DNA of 38,783 nucleotides from a candidate division WOR-3 bacterium. Lineage in GTDB: Bacteria; Hydrothermota; Hydrothermia; JBDRYB01. Shown in pieces: positions 28,424 to 38,732 of the stretch. The notes beneath the pieces are model-generated. The model searched no databases. It was not told the DNA's origin and saw only the letters and a list, made by a program, of their open reading frames with translations. Both the position numbers and the translations under genes were made by a program. The DNA lies in NCBI GenBank assembly GCA_039803205.1, contig JBDRYB010000019.1, positions 1 to 38,783 of the forward strand. Direction: 5' to 3'. Every line of letters begins with the position of its first letter. The stretch's first letter is position 1.

Positions 28424-31400
28424 ATGAAAAGACGGGCTATCGGGAGACTCATCACCGCGGGGGCAATCCTCGGGTTCACGGCCCTATTAATCTATGGCGC
28501 TGTGATATTTCTCTATGTGTTCCTAAAACAGAAGGTTCTGGACTCTGTCTCCGAGGCCCTTAAGAGGCCCGTGAAATACGAAACATACATCCTGAATCCC
28601 CTGGGTTACATGAGGATAACGGGCTTTGATGCCAGCCCAGCTCTCAGGATTGAGGAAATAGAGGTCTGGTTTGATCCAATAACGCTCATAAAGGACAGGC
28701 GGATAAGGGCAATAGAGGCCTGCGGGGTATTTCTTGATGTTGATTCTCTCGTCTCAGGGATAGCGGCTGAATCAAGGCCTTCGCCTGAGGGACAAAAACC
28801 TGTCTCTTACCCCGTTTTCGTCATAGAGCACGGGGATATACGGGATGTGAGGGTCCTGGTAGCGGGGGCAACCTATACCGCTGAAGCGATAAAGGCAAAG
28901 GCCTTCTCCAGACCGGATACCATGAGATTTGAGGGTTCTATTCTCAGGGGAACATCCCCATACGCTAATCCGGATAGCGTCTTTCTGAGCGTGAAGATAC
29001 ACCAGGATGGCGTCAGCATAACGGACATCAGCGGCAGAGAGCGCGGGCGCTACAGCCTGGATGGGGGCCGTATCCTCGTTCTGCCCAAGGATAGCCTAGT
29101 AAGTATATGGGTGGCGAGAGCAGAGACGCCTCACGGGGTTTGGGTTGATTCCGCGAGGATAGAGATCCTTTACGAACAAGGGTTCCTAAACGCTTACGCC
29201 CCGCGGCTGGGTTATGACACCCTCATGGTGGAGGAGCTGAGAGCCAGGGTTGAGTTCACTGAGGATTCCCTCATTATCGTGAGGAGGGGAGCATTTTACT
29301 TTGGAGAGAGCCCCGTGTATTTCAATGGTTCGCTCCGAACGGATACCTCCCTCACCTGGAAAGCTGAGGTCTCGGCCCCCCACGGGATATACATTCCTAG
29401 GCTTGGCCTATTCTTCTCAGGAGAGGTCAGCGGAGAGGGCGTGGGAGCAGAAAGGGCCTCTCTCCTTCTCAGCCTTGATACATTATCATACAATAGATAC
29501 AGGGTGGGGCAGATGGTCGGCCCTGTGGAGATAACCCACTGGAAGCGTTTTGCCACCCCGGGGATAACCCTTACGGGCCCCTCGGTTACCGGAACGATAT
29601 CCGGTTGGGCTGATATGTCGGGAGATGTTGATCTCTCGTTCTCCCTGAAGGCCCTCAGGCTTGAGCTCCTCTCAGATGAGATGAGAGGCCTTGCTTGGGG
29701 CAGTGGAAACCTCCGGAGGACGAAGAGGAAACTCGCCTTCGGGGGGGATATGTGGTTTAGGGACTGCGAATGGAGGGATCTGGCGCTTGAGGAAGCATCC
29801 CTGAGCATCAGGGCCGCATCGGACACGATGGAGGGCTGGATCGTTGCAAGGGGCATATCAAGGGAAGATTTTGTGGTGGACAGTCTCCGGCTTGAAGGGG
29901 CCATAAGGGGAAATATAGGAGGTTATACCCTTTTCGCCAGGACAAGGGATAGCTGGCTGTCATCAGAGGGTTTTCTGTCCTTATCGGACGAGGAAAATGT
30001 CCTTGAGGCGACGAGGCTTGAGATGAACCTGAAGGGTCTCGGCGCGATAAAGGCTGGTGGTTTTACCCTGAAATGGAAGGAGGATGAGCTCTCGTTTTCC
30101 TTGCCCAAGGGTGAGGTGTTCTTCGGCATACTCTCGGTTGGTGGATGGATAAAGGGCGACGCTATCACCCTTGCCCTTGCTGTGGACTCGGCTGATATGC
30201 GTGCCCTCTCAGCGTCTTTTGGCCTCAAGGACACCATCAACGGCACCCTGTCCCTATACACCACTGTGGATGGCACTCTTATGAAGCCGAGAATAGGCAA
30301 CATCACCATAATCGCGAGGGGCCTTGAGTGGACATTTCTCAGGGTTGACACTGGCTACGGCGAGGCGAGGCTCAAGGGCGATACATTCACCCTGGATTCC
30401 CTTACCCTTATAACAGAAGGAGATACGCTCTGGATGAACCTCGCCTTCAGGATGAGGTTTTCCCTCATTCCATTCGCTCTCAGGGTGGACACAGGGGATG
30501 CCATATCCGGGGAAATAGGGGTTTCTGGAGGCGTAACGCCCATTCTAGGGCTTTTTGAGAAGTTCGTGGCATTTGAGGAGACCAGGGCAAGAGGCCGGGT
30601 CCAAATATACAACACAATAGGCTCCCCCTTCCTTTCCGGCAAGGTTGATTTCTTCGCTGAGAGAGGGGTCGTTGTTCCAACGGGCACGGCTCTTTCCAAG
30701 GTTGAGGCTCAGCTCTCCTTCCAAGGGGACGCCCTCTCCATCTACAGCATGAAGGCAGAGGCAGAGGGGGGTAGGGCTGAGGCCCAAGGAAGCCTGTGGT
30801 ATAAAAAAGGGGAGGTGCCGATGGCTCTGAGCGTAGACCTCATCCAGTTCCCCATTTATCCGGATCCGTTCATGGAAGCAAAGGTCACGGGCGCGCTCTC
30901 GGTGGAGGGAACTCTACGGAGGCCATATGTCAAGGGGGACCTCGCTGTTGATGAGGCCTTCTTCTATGCCCCCCTCGGAAGGAAACCCGCTCCAAGGCCC
31001 CCTGAGAGGCCGAACCCCTTGAAATATGAGATAAGGCTCCGGGCTGATAGGAAGGCCTATTTCGTGAACGAGCTTATTGACCTTGAGTTCTCCGCAGAAA
31101 TGCTCCTGGAAAAGGAACCGGGAGCCCTAATGACCATATCCGGGGATGTTAATGTTATCTCTGGCTACCTCTATTTCTTTGACAGGACTTTTGAGATCAC
31201 CGAAGGTAGTCTTCGCATGACAAAACAGTCTGTCATAGACCCTGAGATGTCCATAAAGGCGGTCAACGAGATAGCCCCTGATACCTCGGTCTATTTGCTC
31301 CTTGGCGGGACCCTGAGCAGGCCGGACATCTCGCTCATCTCAGACCCGCCCATGCCAGTTGGGGATATAATATCCCTACTGACAATAGGGACAACCGGCG

Positions 31401-31711
31401 CCGCGCCCGAGTATAGCGCGATGGGCGAGAGGGCAGTTAATCTCGCGGAGGGACTCCTATCAAGGGAGCTGAGAAAGAAGGTCAGACTACAGGAACTTGA
31501 GGTCAGAACAGGAACATTCGGCGGCACGCCGCAGTTCACGATAGGATGGTATTTGACCAGGAATCTCTATGTCAAATACAGCACTGACCTTGAGAAATTG
31601 GAATCCCAGTATTTCCAGGTAAAGTATTTCTTCAAGCCGAAGGTGGCCATGTATGGGGAAAAGGACGAGGCCGGGGTTGGCGTTGGGTTCCAATACAGGA
31701 TAAGGTTCTAA
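28424..31711 (+). CDS. tamB: translocation/assembly module TamB / AsmA-like protein
   Basis: N-terminal TM anchor, long beta-rich body, repeated GTL..P motifs; C-terminal GTLSRPDISLISDPP...IISLL..G and GWYLTRNLYVKY...YRIRF (DUF490-like). Confidence 0.8.
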   Translation: MKRRAIGRLITAGAILGFTALLIYGAVIFLYVFLKQKVLDSVSEALKRPVKYETYILNPLGYMRITGFDASPALRIEEIEVWFDPITLIKDRRIRAIEACGVFLDVDSLVSGIAAESRPSPEGQKPVSYPVFVIEHGDIRDVRVLVAGATYTAEAIKAKAFSRPDTMRFEGSILRGTSPYANPDSVFLSVKIHQDGVSITDISGRERGRYSLDGGRILVLPKDSLVSIWVARAETPHGVWVDSARIEILYEQGFLNAYAPRLGYDTLMVEELRARVEFTEDSLIIVRRGAFYFGESPVYFNGSLRTDTSLTWKAEVSAPHGIYIPRLGLFFSGEVSGEGVGAERASLLLSLDTLSYNRYRVGQMVGPVEITHWKRFATPGITLTGPSVTGTISGWADMSGDVDLSFSLKALRLELLSDEMRGLAWGSGNLRRTKRKLAFGGDMWFRDCEWRDLALEEASLSIRAASDTMEGWIVARGISREDFVVDSLRLEGAIRGNIGGYTLFARTRDSWLSSEGFLSLSDEENVLEATRLEMNLKGLGAIKAGGFTLKWKEDELSFSLPKGEVFFGILSVGGWIKGDAITLALAVDSADMRALSASFGLKDTINGTLSLYTTVDGTLMKPRIGNITIIARGLEWTFLRVDTGYGEARLKGDTFTLDSLTLITEGDTLWMNLAFRMRFSLIPFALRVDTGDAISGEIGVSGGVTPILGLFEKFVAFEETRARGRVQIYNTIGSPFLSGKVDFFAERGVVVPTGTALSKVEAQLSFQGDALSIYSMKAEAEGGRAEAQGSLWYKKGEVPMALSVDLIQFPIYPDPFMEAKVTGALSVEGTLRRPYVKGDLAVDEAFFYAPLGRKPAPRPPERPNPLKYEIRLRADRKAYFVNELIDLEFSAEMLLEKEPGALMTISGDVNVISGYLYFFDRTFEITEGSLRMTKQSVIDPEMSIKAVNEIAPDTSVYLLLGGTLSRPDISLISDPPMPVGDIISLLTIGTTGAAPEYSAMGERAVNLAEGLLSRELRKKVRLQELEVRTGTFGGTPQFTIGWYLTRNLYVKYSTDLEKLESQYFQVKYFFKPKVAMYGEKDEAGVGVGFQYRIRF

Positions 31712-31730
31712 GCCCCGCACGGGCCTCCTC

Positions 31731-33137
31731 TTAGTTTCCCCCTATTCCTCGGCAGAGATATATCCTCCTGAAAGGCCTTGCCCCATAGAAGGAGTATGTG
31801 AAACCGAGATCGAGGCTGTCCAGAGGGACGAGATAAGGGATGCCTCTGAGCTCGTAATCCGTAATGAGAACAAGGTTCCCCTCCCTTACGGGTCCGCGGA
31901 AATACGGGCTGGCGGTCAACTGTTTCTCCTTTGGCAGGAGCCAGAACAGATAACCCTCCCCGTGAAAGGCCATGAGAACGCTATCCGCGGACGCTAGCCT
32001 GGCTTGGTTCCTGGCAACGAACCCTTTTGCTGTCCGAATGTAGTGGGGATTTTTTATGGTTATTGAGATGATGTCCCTTGACCTCCACCAGTAGAAGCAC
32101 ACCCCAGCGATAACCAGGGCCAGAAAACCATATTTGAAAACCCTTCCGAGCTGGGCCGCGTAAAGAAATCCAATGTATAGTAATATCCAAACCAAGGGAT
32201 AGACGAACTGAAAGGTTCTCCTTGGCCTCATTCCCAGGATCATGGGAATGAGAACGAGTCCAACGGTTATCAGAACAACGAGGCCCTTCTCAACGCCTAT
32301 CCTCGCTTTTCTCAGGGGGAGAATCAGGAAACCTGTGCCCAGGATCGCCATCGCGAGCGGAATATACATGGCTGATAGGAGGTTTCTCGGCCCCGCGCTC
32401 TTGTTGTAGTGAATAACCACCTCCTCCATGAGGGCAAACTTCCCAGCAATAAGTGGAACGATGAGGCTCAGACCGAGCACGATGGCGCCACCGATGATGA
32501 TGGAGAGAAGCTCCCCTCCGTAGCGCCTCTTTGCCAGAAACGCGACTGTGGTGGCAACGAAGAGGCCGAGGGCCATTATCGCGCCGAGCTGGTGGATCCA
32601 GAAGGAGAAGGGAACCAAGAAGAAACCAAGGCGCCGGGACCACGGCCTTTCGGAAAGAATGAGGGCAGAGCACCCAGTTATCCAAAGCTGCATCAGGCCT
32701 ATTGGCCTTGGTGTGTGAGAGAAAGCGAGGAGGAGGGGCGAAAGCGCGAACAGAATGAAGAGGAACAAGGTCCAGAAACCAGTGCGCGGGTCTATTTTTC
32801 TCATGAGAAACCCGGTAAATAAAAGCGCCCCTGATGTGGTGACAAGGGAGACCCTGATCATTGAGCCGAGGTCTGGCCCACCCAGAGCGAAGGAGAGCCG
32901 CAGAAGCGAGAAGTAGATCCAGAGGGTAAATGCACCAAGCCCCCGCTCAGCCACAAATGGTCCGGCTATCGGTATGGTTGGCCAGCCAAAGCGTTCCCAT
33001 CTGATAACCCCTTGGGCATACCACGCCCCCTCGCCGTAGAAATCCACAGGCGCAAAGCCATAGAAGAGCACTAGGCCGAGAGCGAGCCACCCGAGGCTGA
33101 TCCCAATGATCCAGAAGATCATTGCCCTGTCCTTCAT
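31731..33137 (-). CDS. polytopic membrane protein, possibly GT-C-like
   Basis: About 11 TM segments, acidic loop DFYGEG after TM1, soluble C-terminal tail; ATGA-coupled to thpR. Confidence 0.5.
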   Translation of the reverse strand: MKDRAMIFWIIGISLGWLALGLVLFYGFAPVDFYGEGAWYAQGVIRWERFGWPTIPIAGPFVAERGLGAFTLWIYFSLLRLSFALGGPDLGSMIRVSLVTTSGALLFTGFLMRKIDPRTGFWTLFLFILFALSPLLLAFSHTPRPIGLMQLWITGCSALILSERPWSRRLGFFLVPFSFWIHQLGAIMALGLFVATTVAFLAKRRYGGELLSIIIGGAIVLGLSLIVPLIAGKFALMEEVVIHYNKSAGPRNLLSAMYIPLAMAILGTGFLILPLRKARIGVEKGLVVLITVGLVLIPMILGMRPRRTFQFVYPLVWILLYIGFLYAAQLGRVFKYGFLALVIAGVCFYWWRSRDIISITIKNPHYIRTAKGFVARNQARLASADSVLMAFHGEGYLFWLLPKEKQLTASPYFRGPVREGNLVLITDYELRGIPYLVPLDSLDLGFTYSFYGARPFRRIYLCRGIGGN

Positions 33138-33682
33138 TCTCCCACCAGCGGGTAAGATGCAATCCTCGTGTATAGTGGGCCTTCCGGTCTCAGCTTGCTC
33201 TCCATTAGGCTGAAGTGAAGGACCTTGAACCCAACTGGCCCGAAAACAAGAGAGCCGAGCCTCTGAAGCGGGATCCCCGTTTCCCTTCTGCCCCTCGCGA
33301 GTGTGAGGTGGGGGCTAAAGGGTTTATCATCCCTTATTCCCAGGGGTTCAAGCACGAGCCGGACCTTCTCAGCCAGGGCTCTCGTTTTCTCGGCACCCTC
33401 GGCCACGCCTATCCACAGAACCCTGGCTACGGGTTTTCCCTCAGGGAAGGAGCCGAGGCCCTCTAGGGAAACCGCGAATGGCTCAGCCCTTACTCCCCTG
33501 AGAGCCTCCTTGATCTCATCAGCCCTCCTGGCATCTACCTCCCCTATGAACATGAGGGTTAGGTGAAGGTTCTCCCTAGCTACCCATCTCGCGTGCCGGT
33601 AATTCGCCATGAGCTCGCGCTCAAATTCCCAAACGGATGTCCTGACATCCTCAGACAGCTCAATTGCCACAAATAGCCTCAT
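33134..33682 (-). CDS. thpR: RNA 2',3'-cyclic phosphodiesterase (2H phosphoesterase)
   Basis: MRLFVAI, two HxT motifs (NLHLTLMFIG, PHLTLAR), S.L...GP.Y. Confidence 0.93.
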   Translation of the reverse strand: MRLFVAIELSEDVRTSVWEFERELMANYRHARWVARENLHLTLMFIGEVDARRADEIKEALRGVRAEPFAVSLEGLGSFPEGKPVARVLWIGVAEGAEKTRALAEKVRLVLEPLGIRDDKPFSPHLTLARGRRETGIPLQRLGSLVFGPVGFKVLHFSLMESKLRPEGPLYTRIASYPLVGE

Positions 33683-33757
33683 TTCTGCTTACAGAGTATA
33701 GTGAAGAGTTCCCTGCGTGTGCAACCAGTCCTCGTAAAGCCCAAGTATGCCCAAAAT

Positions 33758-35194
33758 CTACCCCTTGCCCATGAGTAGCCTCATAAGAGCCTTTGTCCCC
33801 CCTTTGAAAGAGTAAGCCTCATATCCCATCCTTCTGAGGACCCTTGCCGCGTCAAGGCTCTTGAGGGCTCGATCGCAATAGAAGATGTAGGGTTTCCCTC
33901 TCTCAGGGGCGAATAGCCCAGCCTCTATCTCCTCGTATCCCAATAGAAGGGCACCCTCCGGATGCCAAGCCTCATATTTGTCCGGGCTTCTCAGATCAAC
34001 GAGAACAGCTCCCGGGGGAACATGGTCTATCTCAATCTCATCCGCATCCTCTGGGGCGCTCGGCAGTTGAGTTATTTCAAGCGAGGCTATCGCTCTTTCA
34101 ACGAGGCTCATATCAAGGTCCCTCGTGTGGAGCGCGAGCCTCTCTGGGTCTGAGGCCGTGACAGGATGGCCTCCTGCAAGGTCACAATACTCCTTCATTC
34201 CCTCAGATATGTGATAGATCCCTATCTGCCTTGCCAAGCTGATTATCTCCTCCTTGTCAAACCCAAGGAGGGGTCTCATCACCGGAATCTCCAGCCCGGC
34301 CTCAAGTGCTACGAGATTATGGAGGGTTTGAGATGATACCTGGCCCAAAGATTCTCCTGTTATAAGCGCGGGGTAGTTTTTTCTCCTGGCGATCTCAGCG
34401 CCAGCAATGTAGAAACACCTCTTGAGCGCCATGTTCCAGTATGTCCTGGGGACGCGATCTCTTATCTCCCTTATGATGCCCGAAAACTCCACAGCATAAA
34501 GAATGCTCTGCGCTGAGCCGCCCCATTCTTCCGCCAGGAATGATGCTCCTTCCTTTGCCCTTTTGGCGTGTTCGGGCCCCCCTATGTTGAAGAAGAGAAA
34601 ATCAACGGGCGAGCCCTTTTTCATCATCATCCACCCTGAGACCGATGAGTCAAAGCCACCGGAGTAAAGAAGGAGGGCTTTGGGCCCCGTTCCCACAGGA
34701 AGGCCCCCAGGCCCCTTGAGCCTCTCGGAGAAGAGCCAAGCCTCCTGGTCCCTTATCTCAACATAGCATGTTATCTCAGGGTTATCCAGGTCAACCCCTC
34801 CTGAGCGCGGGAGGAGCCTCGCGCCGAGCAGGTTTTCAATGTCCTTAGAAGAAAAATCGTGAAACCCGTGCCTTCGTGTCCGGACAGCGAACCTCTTTGA
34901 AACCACCTTATCCGAAAACCATCCTTCTCCCTTCGCTATGAGTTCGTCTACGGATGAAAAGGTCACCCTTTCGGCCGGAGAGAACGAGCTTATCCCGAAG
35001 CACCTTGAGAGAACGAGCCGGGACCTCGGATCATCCGATTCTAAGTAAGCCCTTGACCAGTCAAGCCTCAGATTGTAGAAGATCCCCTTCCTCGCCAGGG
35101 CCGAGCGGAGGTTTTCCTCAAGTTGAGTGAGGAACCTCCTCCTTACCTGCCTTGACTTAAGGGCCAGTTCACCGTATCTGATGAGATAGATCAC
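33758..35194 (-). CDS. thiI: tRNA 4-thiouridine synthase with C-terminal rhodanese domain
   Basis: IRYGELALKS, THUMP domain, GPGGLPVG, SGGFDS PP-loop, TGESLGQVSSQTL.NL, EYC, rhodanese FYC. GTG start lies 7 nt after TATAAT. Confidence 0.93.
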   Translation of the reverse strand: MIYLIRYGELALKSRQVRRRFLTQLEENLRSALARKGIFYNLRLDWSRAYLESDDPRSRLVLSRCFGISSFSPAERVTFSSVDELIAKGEGWFSDKVVSKRFAVRTRRHGFHDFSSKDIENLLGARLLPRSGGVDLDNPEITCYVEIRDQEAWLFSERLKGPGGLPVGTGPKALLLYSGGFDSSVSGWMMMKKGSPVDFLFFNIGGPEHAKRAKEGASFLAEEWGGSAQSILYAVEFSGIIREIRDRVPRTYWNMALKRCFYIAGAEIARRKNYPALITGESLGQVSSQTLHNLVALEAGLEIPVMRPLLGFDKEEIISLARQIGIYHISEGMKEYCDLAGGHPVTASDPERLALHTRDLDMSLVERAIASLEITQLPSAPEDADEIEIDHVPPGAVLVDLRSPDKYEAWHPEGALLLGYEEIEAGLFAPERGKPYIFYCDRALKSLDAARVLRRMGYEAYSFKGGTKALMRLLMGKG

Positions 35195-35291
35195 CCTCAA
35201 GATTATAAATCCACTGCGTTTCCGATTGAAAATCAAAAGCTTGCTTTTCTTGGCCTCCGGAGATTATAATTTGCACCAATACGGAGGAAAC

Positions 35292-36443
35292 ATGCGCATA
35301 CTTGATCTCATAGAGTGGGTATCCCCCACTGGCGACGAGATAGTGGCAAGGGTGCCACAGGAAGGGTCAGGGGACATAAGGTTGGGCTCCCAACTGGTGG
35401 TGAGGGAGAACCAGGTTGCGGTCTTCTTCAGGGACGGGAAAACAGCGGACATGTTCACGGCTGGCCGCTACACCATACAGACCGCGAACATCCCCATACT
35501 CATAAACCTGCTGGGCCTCGCTTTTGACGGCAAAAGTCCGTTCAGGGCAGAGGTCTACTTCGTCAACATGCGCACCTTCACGGACATGAAGTTTGGGACC
35601 AAAGAGCCTATTGTCTATCGGGACAAGGAGTTCGGAATGGTGCGCCTGAGGGCTTTCGGGACATACACCATGCGCGTTCAGGACCCTCGTCTCTTCGTGA
35701 ACCAAATAGTAGCGACAAAGGGTCTATATCGCTCCGAGGAGATAAAGGACTTCCTTAGGGATGTGATAATATCCAGGCTCGCTGACCTCCTCGGCGAAAG
35801 GATGAAGACCATCTTGGACCTCCCCGCTGTCTATGACGAGATAGGGATGGAGCTCAAGGAGCGTGCGATGAAGGACTTTGAGGCGATCGGCCTTTACATG
35901 ATCAACATGTATATACAGGCCATAACCCCGCCCGAGGAGGTCCAGAAGGCCATAGACGAGAGGGCATCCATGGCCGCTATAGGTGACCTGGATAGCTACA
36001 CGAAGTTCAAGGCCGCGCGCGCTCTTGAGGAGGCCGCAAAGGGAGGAGAAGGGGGTGAGGGAGGAGCGGCTGGAGCTGGCCTGGGCATGGGCGCTGGAAT
36101 AGGAATGGGAATGGGAATGGCAGGGGTTATAGCTGAGACCATGAAAGGTGGTGGAGGAAAAGGCGGTGCGGCTCCTACCCAACCAACAGCCCCATCCCCA
36201 GTGAAGTGTCCCAGCTGCGGCGCGGATGTTCCTGGGGATGCCAAGTTCTGCCCAAGCTGCGGCGCCAAGATGCCTGAGCCGAGCAAATGCCCCAAGTGCG
36301 GCTCCGATGTTCCTGCGGGCGCGAAGTTCTGCCCTAGCTGCGGGGAAAAGATTGGCGCCCCAGTGAAGTGCCCCAAGTGCGGGAAAGAGTTCCCCGCCGG
36401 GACAAAATTCTGCCCGGAGTGCGGGGAAAAGCTGGGAGAGTAA
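35292..36443 (+). CDS. SPFH (YdjI-like) domain protein with three C-terminal zinc ribbons
   Basis: GSQLVVRENQVAVF, AEVYFVN, VRLRAFG.Y, Gly/Met linker, three CPxCG...KFCPxCG units. SD GGAGG; promoter TTGCTT-18-TATAAT at 35241-35270. Confidence 0.9.
   Translation: MRILDLIEWVSPTGDEIVARVPQEGSGDIRLGSQLVVRENQVAVFFRDGKTADMFTAGRYTIQTANIPILINLLGLAFDGKSPFRAEVYFVNMRTFTDMKFGTKEPIVYRDKEFGMVRLRAFGTYTMRVQDPRLFVNQIVATKGLYRSEEIKDFLRDVIISRLADLLGERMKTILDLPAVYDEIGMELKERAMKDFEAIGLYMINMYIQAITPPEEVQKAIDERASMAAIGDLDSYTKFKAARALEEAAKGGEGGEGGAAGAGLGMGAGIGMGMGMAGVIAETMKGGGGKGGAAPTQPTAPSPVKCPSCGADVPGDAKFCPSCGAKMPEPSKCPKCGSDVPAGAKFCPSCGEKIGAPVKCPKCGKEFPAGTKFCPECGEKLGE
36198..36440 (+). repeat. three tandem 81-bp coding repeats (zinc-ribbon units)
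   Basis: Units start at 36198, 36279 and 36360, each encoding P.KCP.CG...P...KFCP.CG.K. Confidence 0.85.
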
Positions 36444-36459
36444 GCAAAATAGGGGTGTA

Positions 36460-36780
36460 GACGCGGTTTTTTAACAAGGGCTTGGTCGTTGTTCTTATAC
36501 GGCCTTGAGGTTATGAACCCTATTTCCCTTCTCCCGGTGAGGATCACGAAATCCTCCTGAATGCTCGTATGTGTCAGCTTGGAGGTGGCCTGGTTCATCG
36601 TCCCTTTTTGTAGCCATGGCATAGGGTATTCTGGCTCTCAGGGACCTCATGGTTCTATCCTCCCTTGAGTATCTTGAAAAGTCTTTGCTTCTCCTTGCTT
36701 GATACTTGTGGAGAAAGGGTCATAATTTTTCTCCTTTCCCGGCCCTTCCTTCTTGGGGCCGGGGTTATATTTTCATCCAT
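36460..36780 (-). mobile_element. degenerate integrase-core transposase remnant (ISNCY/IS481-like)
   Basis: Minus-strand fragments in different frames, SLRARIP...DEPGHLQADTYEHSGG and GFITSRPYKNNDQALV, resemble the recalled family motifs SLL..QIP...PGFLE.D.V.H.GG and FTRSRPY.KND.A.VEQKN. Confidence 0.65.
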
Positions 36781-36885
36781 CAGGGCCTCCCTGGGCCACT
36801 ACGGCCCCAAGGGTTTGAGAGCTTTGCCTTGCAGGATAAGGGTTTTAGAGGGAAGGGAAGTGTGAGATCTCAGTCCACCTCTTGC

Positions 36886-36914
36886 TTGACCATCCATACC
36901 TAAAGGTTTATAAT
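36886..36914 (+). promoter_or_regulatory. near-consensus sigma70 promoter (TTGACC-17-TATAAT)
   Basis: Read directly; followed by SD AAGGAGGT at 36928-36935. Confidence 0.8.
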
Positions 36915-36940
36915 TTGCCCCAGCACGAAGGAGGTGCATG

Positions 36941-38578
36941 ATGTTATTAATGCTATTAGCATATACACCGAGCTATGCGTGGCCAACCCTAGGCTATGAC
37001 AAGGAACGGAGCTCGTATCAGGCTGTCCCGGGTGCGAACATCACTGGTCCCACAGTGAAGTGGCGCGTCCCAGTAACCCCGTCCCTCCAGAGGTCATGTG
37101 GGCCATTAATATACGATGTGAGAGGCGATTATGCTGGTTGCGAGGTAATCTACAACGACGGGACATATGTGAAGTGCCTAGATGGAAACACCGGAAGCCA
37201 GATATGGAGTTATGCCCTTCCTCAGCCTGACCTTGCCCCCAACTCCACCCCTGCCGCTGGAGATGTTGATAATGACGGGATCCCTGAGGTTATTGTGGCG
37301 AGGCAACAGCCCGGAACACTGATATGCCTCAATGGGATGAACGGAGCCGTGAAGTGGAGCCTCCAGGTAGGGAATGGCCAGCAAATAATGTCACCGATAT
37401 GCCTGGTTGATGTATCCGGCGATAATGTCCCTGAGATCGTCATAGGCCAGCAGTTCTCCGACACGGTCTACTGCTTCAACGGCAATGGCACTGTAAGGTG
37501 GAAGCGCTCACTTGGAAGTGCCATGTTCATTTCCGTAAACGGAATATCCGCTGGCAATGTTGATGGAGCGGCCGGAAACGAAATTGTCGTCTCCACAACG
37601 GACATGACGGTTGGGGTCGCTAAGTGCATAGTGTGCTTGAACGCCGACGGCTCAGTGAAATGGAGGTACCCATCCAGCATTCTAGCCGCTACTACTTCCA
37701 CGGTCACTGCCACACTTGGGGATGTAACGGGCGATGGCAGGCTTGATGTTATAGTCTACCGTGGGGATAACAACAGGATAGTGGCCCTCCAGGGCTCAAA
37801 CGGCTCCGAGATATGGACCTACTCAATTCCGAACAACTCCAGGGGTTACGCGCAATCCCTTCTCTTTCAGAACCTGGTCGCATGGGATGTGACCGGAGAT
37901 GGGAGGTGCGAGGTATTCCTGGGAACGGGAGGCGCTGATGATACCGTAACCCACGATACTACATCCTGGAAGAGCTGGTTCATATGCCTGAACTCCAACG
38001 GCTCAGAGCGCTGGAAGTATGAGATTGACTACTGGACTTATGATGGTGGAGGCGCTATATGTGATGTTGACCGCGATGGGGTTCTTGAGTTCGTTAAGAC
38101 AGCTGACGATGGCTTTGTCTATGTGTTCCCCGCGGCATCTGGCGGCTCTTACGAGTGGAGATACGATTACTACGACCAGGACGGCGTCACGGAGTGGGCG
38201 GTTGATAACCCAATAGCGGTTGGGGACATAGATGGGGACGCTTGCTCGGAGATAGTCCTTCTGGGTTCAGGCGGCTTAACTGGTGGTAACAACATTACGG
38301 CAATAGATGGCCCAGGAACTGGCTGTCTTCTCGGCTCCGAGGAAGAGATGGGCGCTCTCTTGCCCGGAATAACAGCGAGGTCCGGCCGAGGCGTCTTGTA
38401 TCTCGGCATCCGCGGCTTTGATGAGGCTGAGGCGAGGATCTGGGACGCGTCCGGCAGGATGATAAAGGAGATCGGGCTCAGAAAGGAGCCAACTCCTATT
38501 GACCTGCCCCCTGGAATCTACTTCATAGAGGCGAGGCACAGGGAAGTCGTGATGAGGGGCAAGGCCACGGTCTACTGA
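36941..38578 (+). CDS. secreted FG-GAP/PQQ-like beta-propeller protein with T9SS-like C-terminal domain
   Basis: Repeated D(V/I).GDG..E(I/V) calcium-binding blades and CLNG.G..KW turns; C-terminal IWDASGRMIK...PGIYFI. SD spacing favours the second ATG. Confidence 0.85.
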   Translation: MLLMLLAYTPSYAWPTLGYDKERSSYQAVPGANITGPTVKWRVPVTPSLQRSCGPLIYDVRGDYAGCEVIYNDGTYVKCLDGNTGSQIWSYALPQPDLAPNSTPAAGDVDNDGIPEVIVARQQPGTLICLNGMNGAVKWSLQVGNGQQIMSPICLVDVSGDNVPEIVIGQQFSDTVYCFNGNGTVRWKRSLGSAMFISVNGISAGNVDGAAGNEIVVSTTDMTVGVAKCIVCLNADGSVKWRYPSSILAATTSTVTATLGDVTGDGRLDVIVYRGDNNRIVALQGSNGSEIWTYSIPNNSRGYAQSLLFQNLVAWDVTGDGRCEVFLGTGGADDTVTHDTTSWKSWFICLNSNGSERWKYEIDYWTYDGGGAICDVDRDGVLEFVKTADDGFVYVFPAASGGSYEWRYDYYDQDGVTEWAVDNPIAVGDIDGDACSEIVLLGSGGLTGGNNITAIDGPGTGCLLGSEEEMGALLPGITARSGRGVLYLGIRGFDEAEARIWDASGRMIKEIGLRKEPTPIDLPPGIYFIEARHREVVMRGKATVY

Positions 38579-38593
38579 GGTCTCGCACGATAG

Positions 38594-38636
38594 AAAAGCC
38601 GGCCCCGGCTCTTCAGCCGGGGCTTTTATATTTTTT
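38594..38636 (+). terminator. rho-independent terminator, possibly bidirectional
   Basis: GCCCCGGCT-cttc-AGCCGGGGC stem (38602-38623) followed by TTTTATATTTTTT; AAAA tract on the other side. Confidence 0.85.
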
Positions 38637-38664
38637 GGATTTCTGGCACCCGTGAACAGATCTG

Positions 38665-38714
38665 TCCGGATTTCCGGGCACCTTAGGGGCCACTCTCCAA
38701 CCTGAGGGATTAAA
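38665..38714. repeat. dispersed ~50-bp intergenic repeat, copy 2
   Basis: 41/50 identical to 9276-9325, same orientation. Confidence 0.8.
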
Positions 38715-38732
38715 TTATAAACTCCTAGAGGC

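Noticed and set aside
36198..36440. Tandem repeats as a CRISPR array
   Set aside because: In-frame 81-bp coding units with no spacers and no cas genes.
35996..36622. 208-aa minus-strand ORF as a real gene
   Set aside because: Mostly antisense to the SPFH zinc-ribbon repeats; only its first part carries a transposase fragment.
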